Source of the DNA: Gemmatimonadota bacterium
Lineage (GTDB): Bacteria > Gemmatimonadota > Gemmatimonadetes > Gemmatimonadales > Gemmatimonadaceae
Direction of reading: 5' to 3'
Assembly (NCBI GenBank): GCA_041691775.1
Contig: JBEPUB010000013.1
Location: 11,913-75,912, forward strand
DNA: 64,000 nt
Positions 22,959 through 32,112 of this stretch are shown piece by piece; position 1 is the first letter of the stretch, and the number at the start of each line of letters is the position of its first letter. The notes beneath the pieces are model-generated. The model was not told where the DNA came from. It saw nothing but the letters and a program-made list of their open reading frames with translations, and ran no database searches. Made by a program: the position numbers and the translations under genes.

Positions 22959-23405
22959 GCTCGCTCCTCGCTATGGGTTATCGCAATACCCGAGCTTCGC
23001 GTAAAGCGCGCCAAGCGTGCGCATAGGTCGCCTCCGTGACGCCGCCGCATGTGCTGTCGCGTGTGTCGTCGCGTGTGTTGTCGCCGATTCACTCGCCGGC
23101 TGAACGGGAGGGCGTAAGCAAGTAGCGCGGAGCCCAGCTTCTGCTGACCTCCACCAGGGGCTCCGTTTTCAGATCGTTCGCGACGCGGCGGCGGGCCCTG
23201 ATCGCACCTCACCGCCCGGAGACTCGCGCCGAACCTGAAGATCCAGAGGATGAGTATGATCCAGGCAACATCGCCGCCTCAGCGTGTAAGAGTTGCGCGC
23301 AGCTGGTTAGCGCGTATCGCTTGTCGCGTCACAATTTCGGCTCTTCAGGGATTTTGTGGGCACTTCTCATCTTCACGATGAATCTCCGAGAGGATATGTA
23401 CCTAT

Positions 23406-23678
23406 GTCGTCATCCCGCCGAAGGCCGGGAACCACGGACGACGATCGCGGAATGCGTCTCGCGTTTGCAGGTGTAGATGGACTTTACGCGAGACGAGTTC
23501 GCGGCTGTGCCAATGACTTTACGCACCGTTCTTTAGGGCGCGCGCACGTAAGGACCAGCACGCGACGCCACGGTAACTGCAATGGCTACTACTACATCCA
23601 GCGAGCGCTTACACCTGCAAATGTGGACTCAAACTCAACGGCTCGTCCATGGATCCCAGCCTTCGGCGGGATGACGAC
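23406..23678. mobile_element. palindromic MITE-like / structured intergenic element, copy 1 (273 bp)
   Basis: 35-bp terminal inverted repeats gtcgtcatcccgccgaaggccgggaaccacggacga (23406-23440) and its reverse complement (23643-23678), with 3 mismatches. Internal blocks are shared with the element at 31727-32037. Confidence 0.6.
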
Positions 23679-23894
23679 TTTCAAAGAGGCCGCCGTTCTC
23701 CAAGCGAAGTAGTCCCGCCAGCTCCAGTCCAGGCGGTGCGCTCGCTGCTGATGATCCCGCTGTGCACCCGAATTATGGACGGACGGACGGGCAGGCGACG
23801 CCGTCTCGAGCCGCCGGGCGGGTACATGTGCGCTGCCAGCCGGCCTGTAATCAGAATGAATGCGACATGTGAATACAGCGTCGATTGCGTATGA

Positions 23895-24512
23895 TTGAAC
23901 GTGTTTGATACATTCTTGCGCGCTCTGAAGGATTCGCTGCTCGCGCCGGTAGCCCGTGCGCTCGGGACACGACTTCACCCGAACGTGGTCACAATTGTGG
24001 CATGGCTGGCCGGCGTCCTGGCAGCAGTCGCTGCGGGACGCGGCATTTTCCTGGGCGCGCTGGGGCTTTGGATCGTGAACCGGATGCTCGACGGCCTCGA
24101 CGGAACGCTCGCGCGCGTGGCCGGCACGCAGAGTGATTTCGGCGGCTATCTGGATATCGTATCCGACTTCTCAGTCTATGCCATGGTGGTGGTCGGACTG
24201 ATACTCGGAAGCCACACGTGGCCAGCCGCTGTCGCCGGCGCAGCCCTCATCGGCACGTTCTACGTCAATGCCGCGTCATGGATGTATCTCGCTGCCATCC
24301 TTGAGAGGCGTGAGCTGGGCGCCTCCGCGACAGGTGAGCGCACGACGATTACAATGCCACCTGGTCTCATCGCGGGGACTGAAACGTTCGTCTTCTACGT
24401 TCTCTTCCTGCTCATCCCTGCGCACCTTCCTGTCCTCTTCACGTTGATGAGCATCGGTGTGGCGGCGACGATAGTGCAGCGCATCGTGTGGGCGCGGCGC
24501 CATTTGGCGTGA
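23895..24512 (+). CDS. CDP-alcohol phosphatidyltransferase family protein
   Basis: Exact family motif DG-x2-AR-x8-G-x3-D-x3-D in DGTLARVAGTQSDFGGYLDIVSD. Polytopic, 205 aa. TTG start (alternative GTG 23901). Confidence 0.85.
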   Translation: MNVFDTFLRALKDSLLAPVARALGTRLHPNVVTIVAWLAGVLAAVAAGRGIFLGALGLWIVNRMLDGLDGTLARVAGTQSDFGGYLDIVSDFSVYAMVVVGLILGSHTWPAAVAGAALIGTFYVNAASWMYLAAILERRELGASATGERTTITMPPGLIAGTETFVFYVLFLLIPAHLPVLFTLMSIGVAATIVQRIVWARRHLA

Positions 24513-24617
24513 GCGGCCCGGGAATTAGCACGAAAATTCGCACGGGAACTCGCAGAGGCACTGCGGAGTTGTCGAGACGGCAGCATTCACCTTCCCCAAC
24601 GTATAAAACAATCCATC

Positions 24618-27533
24618 ATGACTCGTAAGAGAATCCGCGCGGCGTTCGTTACTTGGTCGATCAGTGCGATCTTGCTCGTGGGCATCTCGATATTCACCGC
24701 GGCCGCAAATGCTCAGGCGACCGTGGCTACCCTTACGGGCCTCGTTCGACGGGCCGATGGTGCACCGGCGACGGGCGCCTTCGTCGTGGTCGCTGGACAG
24801 AGAGACACTCTCTCAACGGACGGTGCAGGCCGGTTCTCGGTACAAGTTCAAGCGAGCGTCGCGGGAACTGTACACGCATTTCAGGGTGGCGATTCAGCTA
24901 CGGCCAGCTTCTCCGCGATACCGGCTGGTGGAACGCGCGTGCTAACGCTGACGCTCGCCTCAGCTGGCGCAATGCGTGGCGCAATGTCGCAAAGCGAGGC
25001 ACGTCCTGGGGAACCACCTGTGGCGACTCCGGCGTTACGTCCCGTCGTCATAACTGCGGGGTCGGAGAATCCCGCCACGCTTCGGCCACTTCTCGACACC
25101 AGCTCGGCAACGACCGGAGGGACAATCTCCTACGCCGAAATGCGCTCGCTGCCGGCCGACGCACGCGATCCCTTGGCGCTCGCGTTCACTGTGCCGGGCG
25201 CCGCCCAGGCCACCGGATTCTTTGACACGGCACCGATCCTGTCGCTCGATGGCCAGAATTCGCTCTACACACAGTATTACATCGACGGCTTCGACAATAA
25301 CGAAGGCGTACTCGGGGGGCCCAGAATCGATCTCCCGCTCTCGGCGATCAAGCGGCTGGACGTGCGGGCCTCGACCTACGACGCAACGCTGGGCCGGAGC
25401 TCCAATGGCGTCGTTAATGAGGAAACGATGTCCGGTACCAATGCGTGGCGTGGTGAAGCGTTCGTGTACGGACACCCGGGACACTCGTTCGACGCGCACC
25501 AGGCGGTACTACCTCCAAACACGTCAGCTGGCTTTCGCCGCTCGCAGATCGGTGGGTCACTTGGCGGCCCCATCGTAAAGGGCCGAACGTTCTTGTTCGC
25601 TGCTGGCGAACGCCTGGATGAAACACAGGATCAGCCAATCGTCACGCATTACGGCAATGCCACGGGCGCGACGCAACGCACGAAGACCAAACTCTTTGCC
25701 CGCATTGATCAGCGATGGAGTAGCACGCAGACTACGACCTTGCACGCGGCGCTGAGCGACGAGCAGTACATCGGCCGAGGTGGTGGCAACGTTGTGCCCG
25801 AGGCCGACGTCGCGCAGCACCGGTTCGGCGCGCTTGTAGGCATGTCACACCACAGTGCGCTCGATCCAGCTACCACCAACACGTTCGATGCACAGGTCGC
25901 TGCATATCATTGGTACTATCCGCCAACGACGAGCTCGCTCAACACGCCGCAGATTGCGATCCTGAGCCGCGGACTTGACTCTACACTTGCGGTGGTGGGA
26001 TCGAGTGGCTTCCAGTACGACTCGCACGAGACGCAGCTCAACCTCAAGGATGAAATCGAGCGCCACGCGGGTGCGCACGACATTCGACTCGGCGCTGACA
26101 TGATCGCGGGCCGATTCCGTCTGCACGGCGACGGATCGAATCTCGCGGGGACTTACAGCGTGATCGACAGCGGACAGATACACGTGAGCGGGCGGCTCCC
26201 AACTGCGGCAGACGTGCCGAGTAATATCCCGGTGTACAACTTCTCCATCGACGCCACGCCGCAGTTCGTCGCGGCGTCTCAGACCGTTGTGGGTGCTTAC
26301 GCACAGGATAGTTGGGACGCAACGCACTCACTCAAATTGACTTACGGCGTGCGCTGGGACTATGACGACCTCACATCGCGGGGAGCCAGCTCACCCGATC
26401 TGAGCAACGTGCAGCCTCGTGCGTCGTTCAACTGGCGACCCGATTCGGCGAGCGTCATGCGTGGTGGATTCGGGATCTACTCCGGGAAGCTTCCGTACAC
26501 GATCTACTCGGACGCCTTGCAGTTCGGACCGAACGGAAGCGAGTTCGTTACACTTTACAACTCGCCGGCCACACCGTTGTCGCTTGGCCACGCGCCGTCT
26601 GCCGCGACCCTTGCCGCAGCGCGCGGGGATCTTCCGCCCCGAGAGATTCGCACTACGTTCGCGCGTGGACTCAAGAGCCCGCGCAGCTACCAATCTTCGC
26701 TCGGTTTCGAGCACGCCTTCGGTAACTCGTGGGGAATCTCGCTGGATGCCGTGTACGTTCAGACCACACATCTCCCACGTCTCTTTGATCTCAACGCAAT
26801 CACGCGTGAGATCGGTCCCGCCGACACGACCAATCTCGATCCCGCGGCGGGCGATCCGCTCAGACCGATCGCACCACGGAACGGTAGCTTTCGTCAGCAC
26901 ACCACCACCGAGACCGGTGGCAGAAGCTGGTACGCCGCCATGTTCTTCACTCTTCGGCACCAGTTCACCGAGTCATTCACCGGAGACGCGAGTTACGTGC
27001 TATCGCACGCGCGCGACAACACGGCGGACATCAACTTCGCCGCGACCAATGGCAACAACGACTTTGCCAAGGAATGGGGCGACGCTGTGAACGACCGCAG
27101 ACACAAGGTAAACGTGCGCGGTGTGTACACATGGTCGCGCCGGCTGCAGCTGAGTGGCGTCGTCGACTACCAGACGGGACAGCCGATCAACCGCGTATCG
27201 GGCCTGGATCTAATCGGGTCGGGCGGCAGTTATGGAGACGGCTTCATACGAAATACGCAACGCTTCTACGGCGTGCCCCGAAACGGCGAGAGGCTTCCGT
27301 ACGCTCTGGAGATCAATCCTGGACTGGCATATCTGCTGCCTGTCACGGGCGGCAATCTTGAACTGCGGATTGACGCGTTCAACCTTCTGAATCGCGCGAA
27401 TTTCTCCGGTTTCCCGAGTGGCCTCGCGTCGCTCGACCCGCGCACGCAGGTTGGCCGGCCTGGTGACCCGATTGTGTATCAGTTGTCCGGGCGGCCGCGC
27501 CAGATCCAGCTTTCCGCACGATACGCATTCTGA
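24618..27533 (+). CDS. TonB-dependent outer-membrane receptor with an N-terminal carboxypeptidase-regulatory-like domain
   Basis: 971 aa with a signal peptide (ILLVGISIFTAAANAQA) and a CarboxypepD_reg-like beta-sandwich (TLTGLVRRADGAPATGAFVVV..GRFSVQV). It has a long beta-barrel with a terminal aromatic residue (..QLSARYAF). Confidence 0.8.
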   Translation: MTRKRIRAAFVTWSISAILLVGISIFTAAANAQATVATLTGLVRRADGAPATGAFVVVAGQRDTLSTDGAGRFSVQVQASVAGTVHAFQGGDSATASFSAIPAGGTRVLTLTLASAGAMRGAMSQSEARPGEPPVATPALRPVVITAGSENPATLRPLLDTSSATTGGTISYAEMRSLPADARDPLALAFTVPGAAQATGFFDTAPILSLDGQNSLYTQYYIDGFDNNEGVLGGPRIDLPLSAIKRLDVRASTYDATLGRSSNGVVNEETMSGTNAWRGEAFVYGHPGHSFDAHQAVLPPNTSAGFRRSQIGGSLGGPIVKGRTFLFAAGERLDETQDQPIVTHYGNATGATQRTKTKLFARIDQRWSSTQTTTLHAALSDEQYIGRGGGNVVPEADVAQHRFGALVGMSHHSALDPATTNTFDAQVAAYHWYYPPTTSSLNTPQIAILSRGLDSTLAVVGSSGFQYDSHETQLNLKDEIERHAGAHDIRLGADMIAGRFRLHGDGSNLAGTYSVIDSGQIHVSGRLPTAADVPSNIPVYNFSIDATPQFVAASQTVVGAYAQDSWDATHSLKLTYGVRWDYDDLTSRGASSPDLSNVQPRASFNWRPDSASVMRGGFGIYSGKLPYTIYSDALQFGPNGSEFVTLYNSPATPLSLGHAPSAATLAAARGDLPPREIRTTFARGLKSPRSYQSSLGFEHAFGNSWGISLDAVYVQTTHLPRLFDLNAITREIGPADTTNLDPAAGDPLRPIAPRNGSFRQHTTTETGGRSWYAAMFFTLRHQFTESFTGDASYVLSHARDNTADINFAATNGNNDFAKEWGDAVNDRRHKVNVRGVYTWSRRLQLSGVVDYQTGQPINRVSGLDLIGSGGSYGDGFIRNTQRFYGVPRNGERLPYALEINPGLAYLLPVTGGNLELRIDAFNLLNRANFSGFPSGLASLDPRTQVGRPGDPIVYQLSGRPRQIQLSARYAF

Positions 27534-28864
27534 TGCGATTTCCGGTAGGTCCTACCGAGTCGCGAATTGATCGACTGCGTTTCAACATTCGCGGCGCGAT
27601 TCGCGGTGTGCGAACGACTCTGCTCGGCGCTCTCTCTTTCAGCATCGCAATCAGCATCGCAATCAGCGTCGCAATCAGCGCTTGCAGCCCCGCACCAGCT
27701 CCAAGCGCGGCTAAGCTCAGTTCTGTTCCATGGGATTCCGTCGTCGCACGAGCGCGGGGAACTACGGTGACCTGGCTCATGTGGCGCGGTGATCCATCGA
27801 TCAATCGGTACGTAGACGATTGGGTCGCGCCGCGCCTCAAGCGAGAATACGGCATTACACTCAATCCGGTTGACGCGCAGGGCCCATCGATTCTCAATCA
27901 ACTCGCGGTCGAGCGCGAAGCCCGGTCTGGTACGAGTACGGGCACGGCTGACCTTGTGTGGATCAACGGCGAGACGTTCTACAATCTGAAGAAAAGCGGA
28001 CTCTTGTACGGCCCGTGGAGTGGGCGGCTTCCCAACGCACAATACGTGGACAGCGCGTCAGTGATCATCTCGCGTGATTTTGGCCAGCTGCCGGCTGGCT
28101 ACGAGTCGCCTTGGGGGACGGTACAGTTTGCGCTGATCTACGACACGGTCCGGACGCCGAATCCGCCGCGTAACGTCGCGGAGCTCGGCGCGTGGATCCG
28201 CGCGCATCCAGGACGTTTCACGTACGACCAGTCGTTTACAGGCGTCACCTTCATGAAGGTGCTCATGTATGCGCTCGCCGGCGGCGTTGAACATTTCCAG
28301 GGACCTTTCGACGAGGCGAAGTATCGCGAAGGAAGCGGCAAGGTGTGGCAGTGGCTTGCCGGTGTGCGCCCTTATCTCTGGCGCCACGGGCAGACGTATC
28401 CCGACGGCGTCGCGGATCTGCACCGGCTCTTTGCAAATGGCGAGATCGATTTCTCGATGTCGGACAATCAGAATGACGTGGTAACGAAAGCGCGACAGGG
28501 AATTCTTCCCGCCACAGCGCGGCCGCTTCTCCTGGAAGACGGCACCATTGCGAACACGCACTATCTCGGCATTGCGTTCACCGCGCCAAATCCCGCCGGA
28601 GCCATGGTCGTTGCGAATTTCCTTCTCTCGCCCGCGGCACAATTCGAGAAACAGAAACCAGACGTCTGGGCCGATGGGACCGTTCTCGCAATGTCTCGCC
28701 TTCCCCGCGCATGGGCTGCGCAATTTCGAGCACTGGTCGCCGATCCGCATGCGCTGACCCGCGACTCTCTCACGAAGTATGCGCGACCGGAGATCGCTCC
28801 GCGGTACAGCGAGCGCCTTCAGCGCGATTGGCGCGCGAGGATACGCGCGGCGCCGCAAGAATGA
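27533..28864 (+). CDS. ABC-transporter periplasmic substrate-binding lipoprotein (YnjB-like)
   Basis: 443-aa ORF with lipobox AISAC and YnjB-like blocks (TADLVWINGETFYNLK). ATG 27533 overlaps the receptor stop by 1 nt. In-frame GTG 27608 would give a textbook lipoprotein signal (MRTTLLGALSFSIAISIAISVAISAC). Confidence 0.7.
   Translation: MRFPVGPTESRIDRLRFNIRGAIRGVRTTLLGALSFSIAISIAISVAISACSPAPAPSAAKLSSVPWDSVVARARGTTVTWLMWRGDPSINRYVDDWVAPRLKREYGITLNPVDAQGPSILNQLAVEREARSGTSTGTADLVWINGETFYNLKKSGLLYGPWSGRLPNAQYVDSASVIISRDFGQLPAGYESPWGTVQFALIYDTVRTPNPPRNVAELGAWIRAHPGRFTYDQSFTGVTFMKVLMYALAGGVEHFQGPFDEAKYREGSGKVWQWLAGVRPYLWRHGQTYPDGVADLHRLFANGEIDFSMSDNQNDVVTKARQGILPATARPLLLEDGTIANTHYLGIAFTAPNPAGAMVVANFLLSPAAQFEKQKPDVWADGTVLAMSRLPRAWAAQFRALVADPHALTRDSLTKYARPEIAPRYSERLQRDWRARIRAAPQE
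27641..27676. repeat. 12-bp tandem repeat x3 (agcatcgcaatc, agcatcgcaatc, agcgtcgcaatc) inside the signal peptide
   Basis: Read directly. It encodes (SIAI)3 in the hydrophobic core immediately before the lipobox Cys. Confidence 0.9.
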
Positions 28865-28880
28865 AACGAAGAACGCAACA

Positions 28881-29741
28881 ATGACGGTCACGGACCGCCG
28901 CAGAACATTGGCGCTGCTTGGCGCCGCGCTCGTCGCGACGCCAGTGCTACTCGGTGTTGCGTATGCCGCAGCCAGTGCCATCGGTATCACAGGGATCGGC
29001 GCGACAGGTTTTTCGCTGACTCGTCTGGCGCACGTCCTGGGCGAGCGCACGGTATGGCGCAGCGTTGCGTGGAGCATATGGGTGGCGGGAGCCGCGACGC
29101 TGCTCGCAGTCGCGGCGGCAGCATGCGCGGCTATCATATTTGGTGGGCGAAGCGTCATTGACCGAACTGCACGCGCACTCGCTATTGCGCCGCTCGCCGT
29201 GCCGTATGTGGTAGCCGGTGCGCTGGGACTTCTCATACTCGGCCAGAGCGGATACCTAGCAAGGCTCGCGTACGCATGGGGTTGGATAGCATCACCCAAT
29301 AACATGCCCGCACTTGTTTACGACACTCGTGGTATCGGTGTAATCCTGACTCTCGCCTGGAAGGAATTTCCGTTCCTCGCGCTCGTCGCATTTTCACTCA
29401 TCGCCGCACGAGGTGTTGCCTTGGAGGAAACTGCGCATACACTAGGAGCTGGACGCTGGGCCACGCTGTCGCGGGTTACGTGGCCGCTCCTGTGGCGCGG
29501 TCTGCTCCCGGCAGCGACCGCTGTCTTCATATTCAGCATGGGAAACTACGAGGCGGCCGCTTTGCTGGCGCCGAGCGATCCGCTCCCGCTGCCGATGCTC
29601 ACGCTCGAGCGATATTTCGCCCTCGACCTTTCGCAGCGCGCCGACGCGTACGTACTCACGCTCGCCGGGTTGCTCATCGGACTTGCAGCGGTCGGCGTGC
29701 ATGAATGGACGCGGCAGCATGCGGAGCTCTTCGACCAGTGA
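28881..29741 (+). CDS. ABC transporter permease (YnjC N-half-like)
   Basis: I prefer the start ATG 28881 (MTVTDRRRTLALLGAALVATP). Six TM segments and the EAA loop EETAHTLGAGRWATLSRVTWPLL. Confidence 0.8.
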   Translation: MTVTDRRRTLALLGAALVATPVLLGVAYAAASAIGITGIGATGFSLTRLAHVLGERTVWRSVAWSIWVAGAATLLAVAAAACAAIIFGGRSVIDRTARALAIAPLAVPYVVAGALGLLILGQSGYLARLAYAWGWIASPNNMPALVYDTRGIGVILTLAWKEFPFLALVAFSLIAARGVALEETAHTLGAGRWATLSRVTWPLLWRGLLPAATAVFIFSMGNYEAAALLAPSDPLPLPMLTLERYFALDLSQRADAYVLTLAGLLIGLAAVGVHEWTRQHAELFDQ

Positions 29742-30559
29742 ATTCGCGAGCTAAGTCCCGATTCGCCGACGTGGACGCTGTAGCCCGTTACTTCGGCCTC
29801 ACCGCGTTGACAATATCTGCCATTGGCCCGCTGGTACTTCTCGTACTCTGGTCCGCGAGTGGCGAATGGTTCTTCCCCGCACTGATGCCACAGCGATGGA
29901 GCCCCGATGGTTGGGGATGGTTGTTCCAGAGCGGCGATCGGGTCGCGGTCGCCGTTCGCAACAGCGTCTTACTCGGAATCGCGGACGGCTTTATCGGCTG
30001 CGCAATTGCGTTTCCGATCGGCCGCGCGATCTCCCGCCTGACGGGATGGCGACGATACATGGCCGCCGCGGCCGTGTTCTCTCCGGTCGCGGCGCCACCG
30101 ATCGCATTGGGGATCGGCATCCAGTACTTCCTTTTGCGAATCGGCGTGGGCGGCACGGCCGTAGGCGTATTGCTCGCTCACCTTGTGCCGACGGTCGGCT
30201 ATCTATCGCTGTACTTCCTGAGCGTATTCGTCGTATTCGACAGCAAGATCGAGGACGAAGCGCGAACGCTCGGCGCAACGTCTCGCCAAGTGCTGTTCTA
30301 CGTAACGCTGCCGATGATGCGCAGGCAGGTCACGGAGGCCGTCGCGATTGGCTTCCTGATCTCCTGGGCGCAGTACGCACTCACACTCACGGTCGGAGGA
30401 GGAACGGTGCACACTCTTCCGCTCGAAGTGTTTTCGTACATGCGTGCGGGAAGCGGCAATTTTGCGGCATCAGCGGCGCTCGTCATGATCGTCCCGCCCA
30501 TTCTCGCACTTGCCGCTGCGCGATATGCAGCTGGACGCACTGTCGTGTCGCCGGTATGA
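29738..30559 (+). CDS. ABC transporter permease (YnjC C-half-like)
   Basis: GTG 29738 overlaps the upstream stop (GTGA). EAA loop EDEARTLGATSRQVLFYVTLPMM. Polytopic. Confidence 0.8.
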   Translation: MNSRAKSRFADVDAVARYFGLTALTISAIGPLVLLVLWSASGEWFFPALMPQRWSPDGWGWLFQSGDRVAVAVRNSVLLGIADGFIGCAIAFPIGRAISRLTGWRRYMAAAAVFSPVAAPPIALGIGIQYFLLRIGVGGTAVGVLLAHLVPTVGYLSLYFLSVFVVFDSKIEDEARTLGATSRQVLFYVTLPMMRRQVTEAVAIGFLISWAQYALTLTVGGGTVHTLPLEVFSYMRAGSGNFAASAALVMIVPPILALAAARYAAGRTVVSPV

Positions 30560-31644
30560 GGCATGATGGCACGTCGGAAACAGTGCCGGGCCGACCGACT
30601 GCGCTCCGCCTGCGCGATGTCTCCGCAGACTTCGGCGACGAAGCTGGGCTTCGCGACGTCTCGTTCGACGTCGCCAACGCCGAGCGGTTCGTCATCGTCG
30701 GTCCCTCCGGCGCGGGCAAGACCACGCTGCTGCGAGCGATCGCTGGATTGATCCCCGTAACACGTGGCACCGTCGAGATCGCCGGACACGACCGCACGCA
30801 TCTTGTTCCCGAGCGACGCGACGCGGTCTATCTGCACCAGACGCCACTGCTCTTCCCGCATCTCGACGTGTTCGAGAACGTCGCATTCCCGCTACGCGTT
30901 AGGGGAGTTGCCGCGGCCGAGATCCGCTCTCGCGTCGCAAGCGTGCTCGACTCCGTGCAGCTCGGCGCATTCGCAACTCGGCCGCCGCATGCCCTGAGCG
31001 GCGGCCAGCGCCATCGCGTTGCGCTCGCACGGGCAATCGTTGCGCGTCCGGCAGTACTGCTACTCGATGAGCCGCTCTCGTCATTGGATCCGTCGCTGCG
31101 CGTTGACGTCCGCGAGGTAATCCTCGGCGCTGCGCGTGAATACCGGCTCGCACTTGTGATAGTCACTCACGACCTGGACGACGCAGCCTTGATGGGTGAT
31201 CGCATCGGCGTACTGCTCGAGGGACGCCTCAAGCAAGTTGCAACTCCCGCCACGTTGTTCGCACACCCTGCATCGCTTTCTATCGCGAGATTGCTCGCGA
31301 TCCCGAACGAGGTGCGTGGAGTCATCGAGGGTGAGCGTGCGTTTTCCTCGCCACTCAACGAGATGCCACTCATCTCAAACTCGCAGAACGGGAGCGCCAT
31401 CATGGTATTTCGCCCCGACGCGGTGCAGATCATGCCTGAGAGCGCTGACACCGCCCAATGCACCGGCGAAATCGTCGAGATACGCCACCGGCCGCAGCAG
31501 ACGACGGTGCGAGTGCGAGTCGCGACGCGGCTCGGGACAATAATGATCGAAGCCGCCATTGACGCTATGAGCGTTCCCGCAATCGGTACCATTGTTGGAT
31601 TGTCAATCGATGCTCGCCGCGTTTCAGTGTTCGCTGATTCGTAG
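30556..31644 (+). CDS. ABC transporter ATP-binding protein with a C-terminal TOBE-like domain
   Basis: The true start ATG 30556 overlaps the permease stop (ATGA). Walker A GPSGAGKTT, signature LSGGQRHRVALARA, Walker B LLLDEP. The 5' 690 nt of ORF 29866..31644 is an out-of-frame artefact over the permease gene. Confidence 0.88.
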   Translation: MRHDGTSETVPGRPTALRLRDVSADFGDEAGLRDVSFDVANAERFVIVGPSGAGKTTLLRAIAGLIPVTRGTVEIAGHDRTHLVPERRDAVYLHQTPLLFPHLDVFENVAFPLRVRGVAAAEIRSRVASVLDSVQLGAFATRPPHALSGGQRHRVALARAIVARPAVLLLDEPLSSLDPSLRVDVREVILGAAREYRLALVIVTHDLDDAALMGDRIGVLLEGRLKQVATPATLFAHPASLSIARLLAIPNEVRGVIEGERAFSSPLNEMPLISNSQNGSAIMVFRPDAVQIMPESADTAQCTGEIVEIRHRPQQTTVRVRVATRLGTIMIEAAIDAMSVPAIGTIVGLSIDARRVSVFADS

Positions 31645-31689
31645 CCGGATGCGCAGGTCCGGCGCGCGACCTGGAGTGGTTCCCCGCTG

Positions 31690-31720
31690 TTGAGAGTCGT
31701 CATCCCGCCGAAGGCCGGGA
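31690..31720. repeat. solo extra copy of the element arm core (ttgagaGtcgtcatcccgccgaaggccggga)
   Basis: It duplicates 31741-31771 with 1 mismatch, 51 bp upstream of it. Confidence 0.8.
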
Positions 31721-31726
31721 GTTGAT

Positions 31727-32037
31727 ACGCACGGAGATCGTTGAGACTCGTCATCCCGCCGAAGGCCGGGAACCATGGACGAGGACTTAGGCGTACACCT
31801 CCGCCATGCAGGTGTGGTCAGGACCAGAGGCGCGACGAGTCCACGGCTGTTGAAAACGACATGCACAGATCTTCACCGTTGCTTCAGAAGATGAGCGGTG
31901 CGCGGTGCACGGTAACCGAACCGACCCGTCGCTTTGCCGAGTTCTCCGACGCCTGCAAGCCGGGAATTCACTCGTACATCCTCGTCCATGGTTCCCGGCC
32001 TTCGGCGGGATGACGAGTCTCAACGATCTCCGTGCGT
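31727..32037. mobile_element. palindromic MITE-like / structured intergenic element, copy 2 (311 bp)
   Basis: Perfect 58-bp inverted repeat: acgcacggagatcgttgagactcgtcatcccgccgaaggccgggaaccatggacgagg (31727-31784) and its exact reverse complement (31980-32037), around a 195-bp core. It lies between two convergent genes. Confidence 0.7.
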
Positions 32038-32112
32038 GATGGAGAACATAGCTCCCCGCTTCGCAAGCTTTCTACTGTTATCCGTCAGACGCACGCTCAC
32101 CCGAAAGCCGAT

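Noticed and set aside
28058-29305. 415-aa ORF on the minus strand
   Set aside because: It is antisense to the substrate-binding protein and the first permease, both of which have clear family motifs. Its composition is that of a shadow ORF.
29866-30555. N-terminal 230 codons of the 592-aa ORF that ends as the ABC ATPase
   Set aside because: This part overlaps the second permease in another frame and is Arg-rich nonsense. The ATPase homology starts at ATG 30556, with an ATGA junction.
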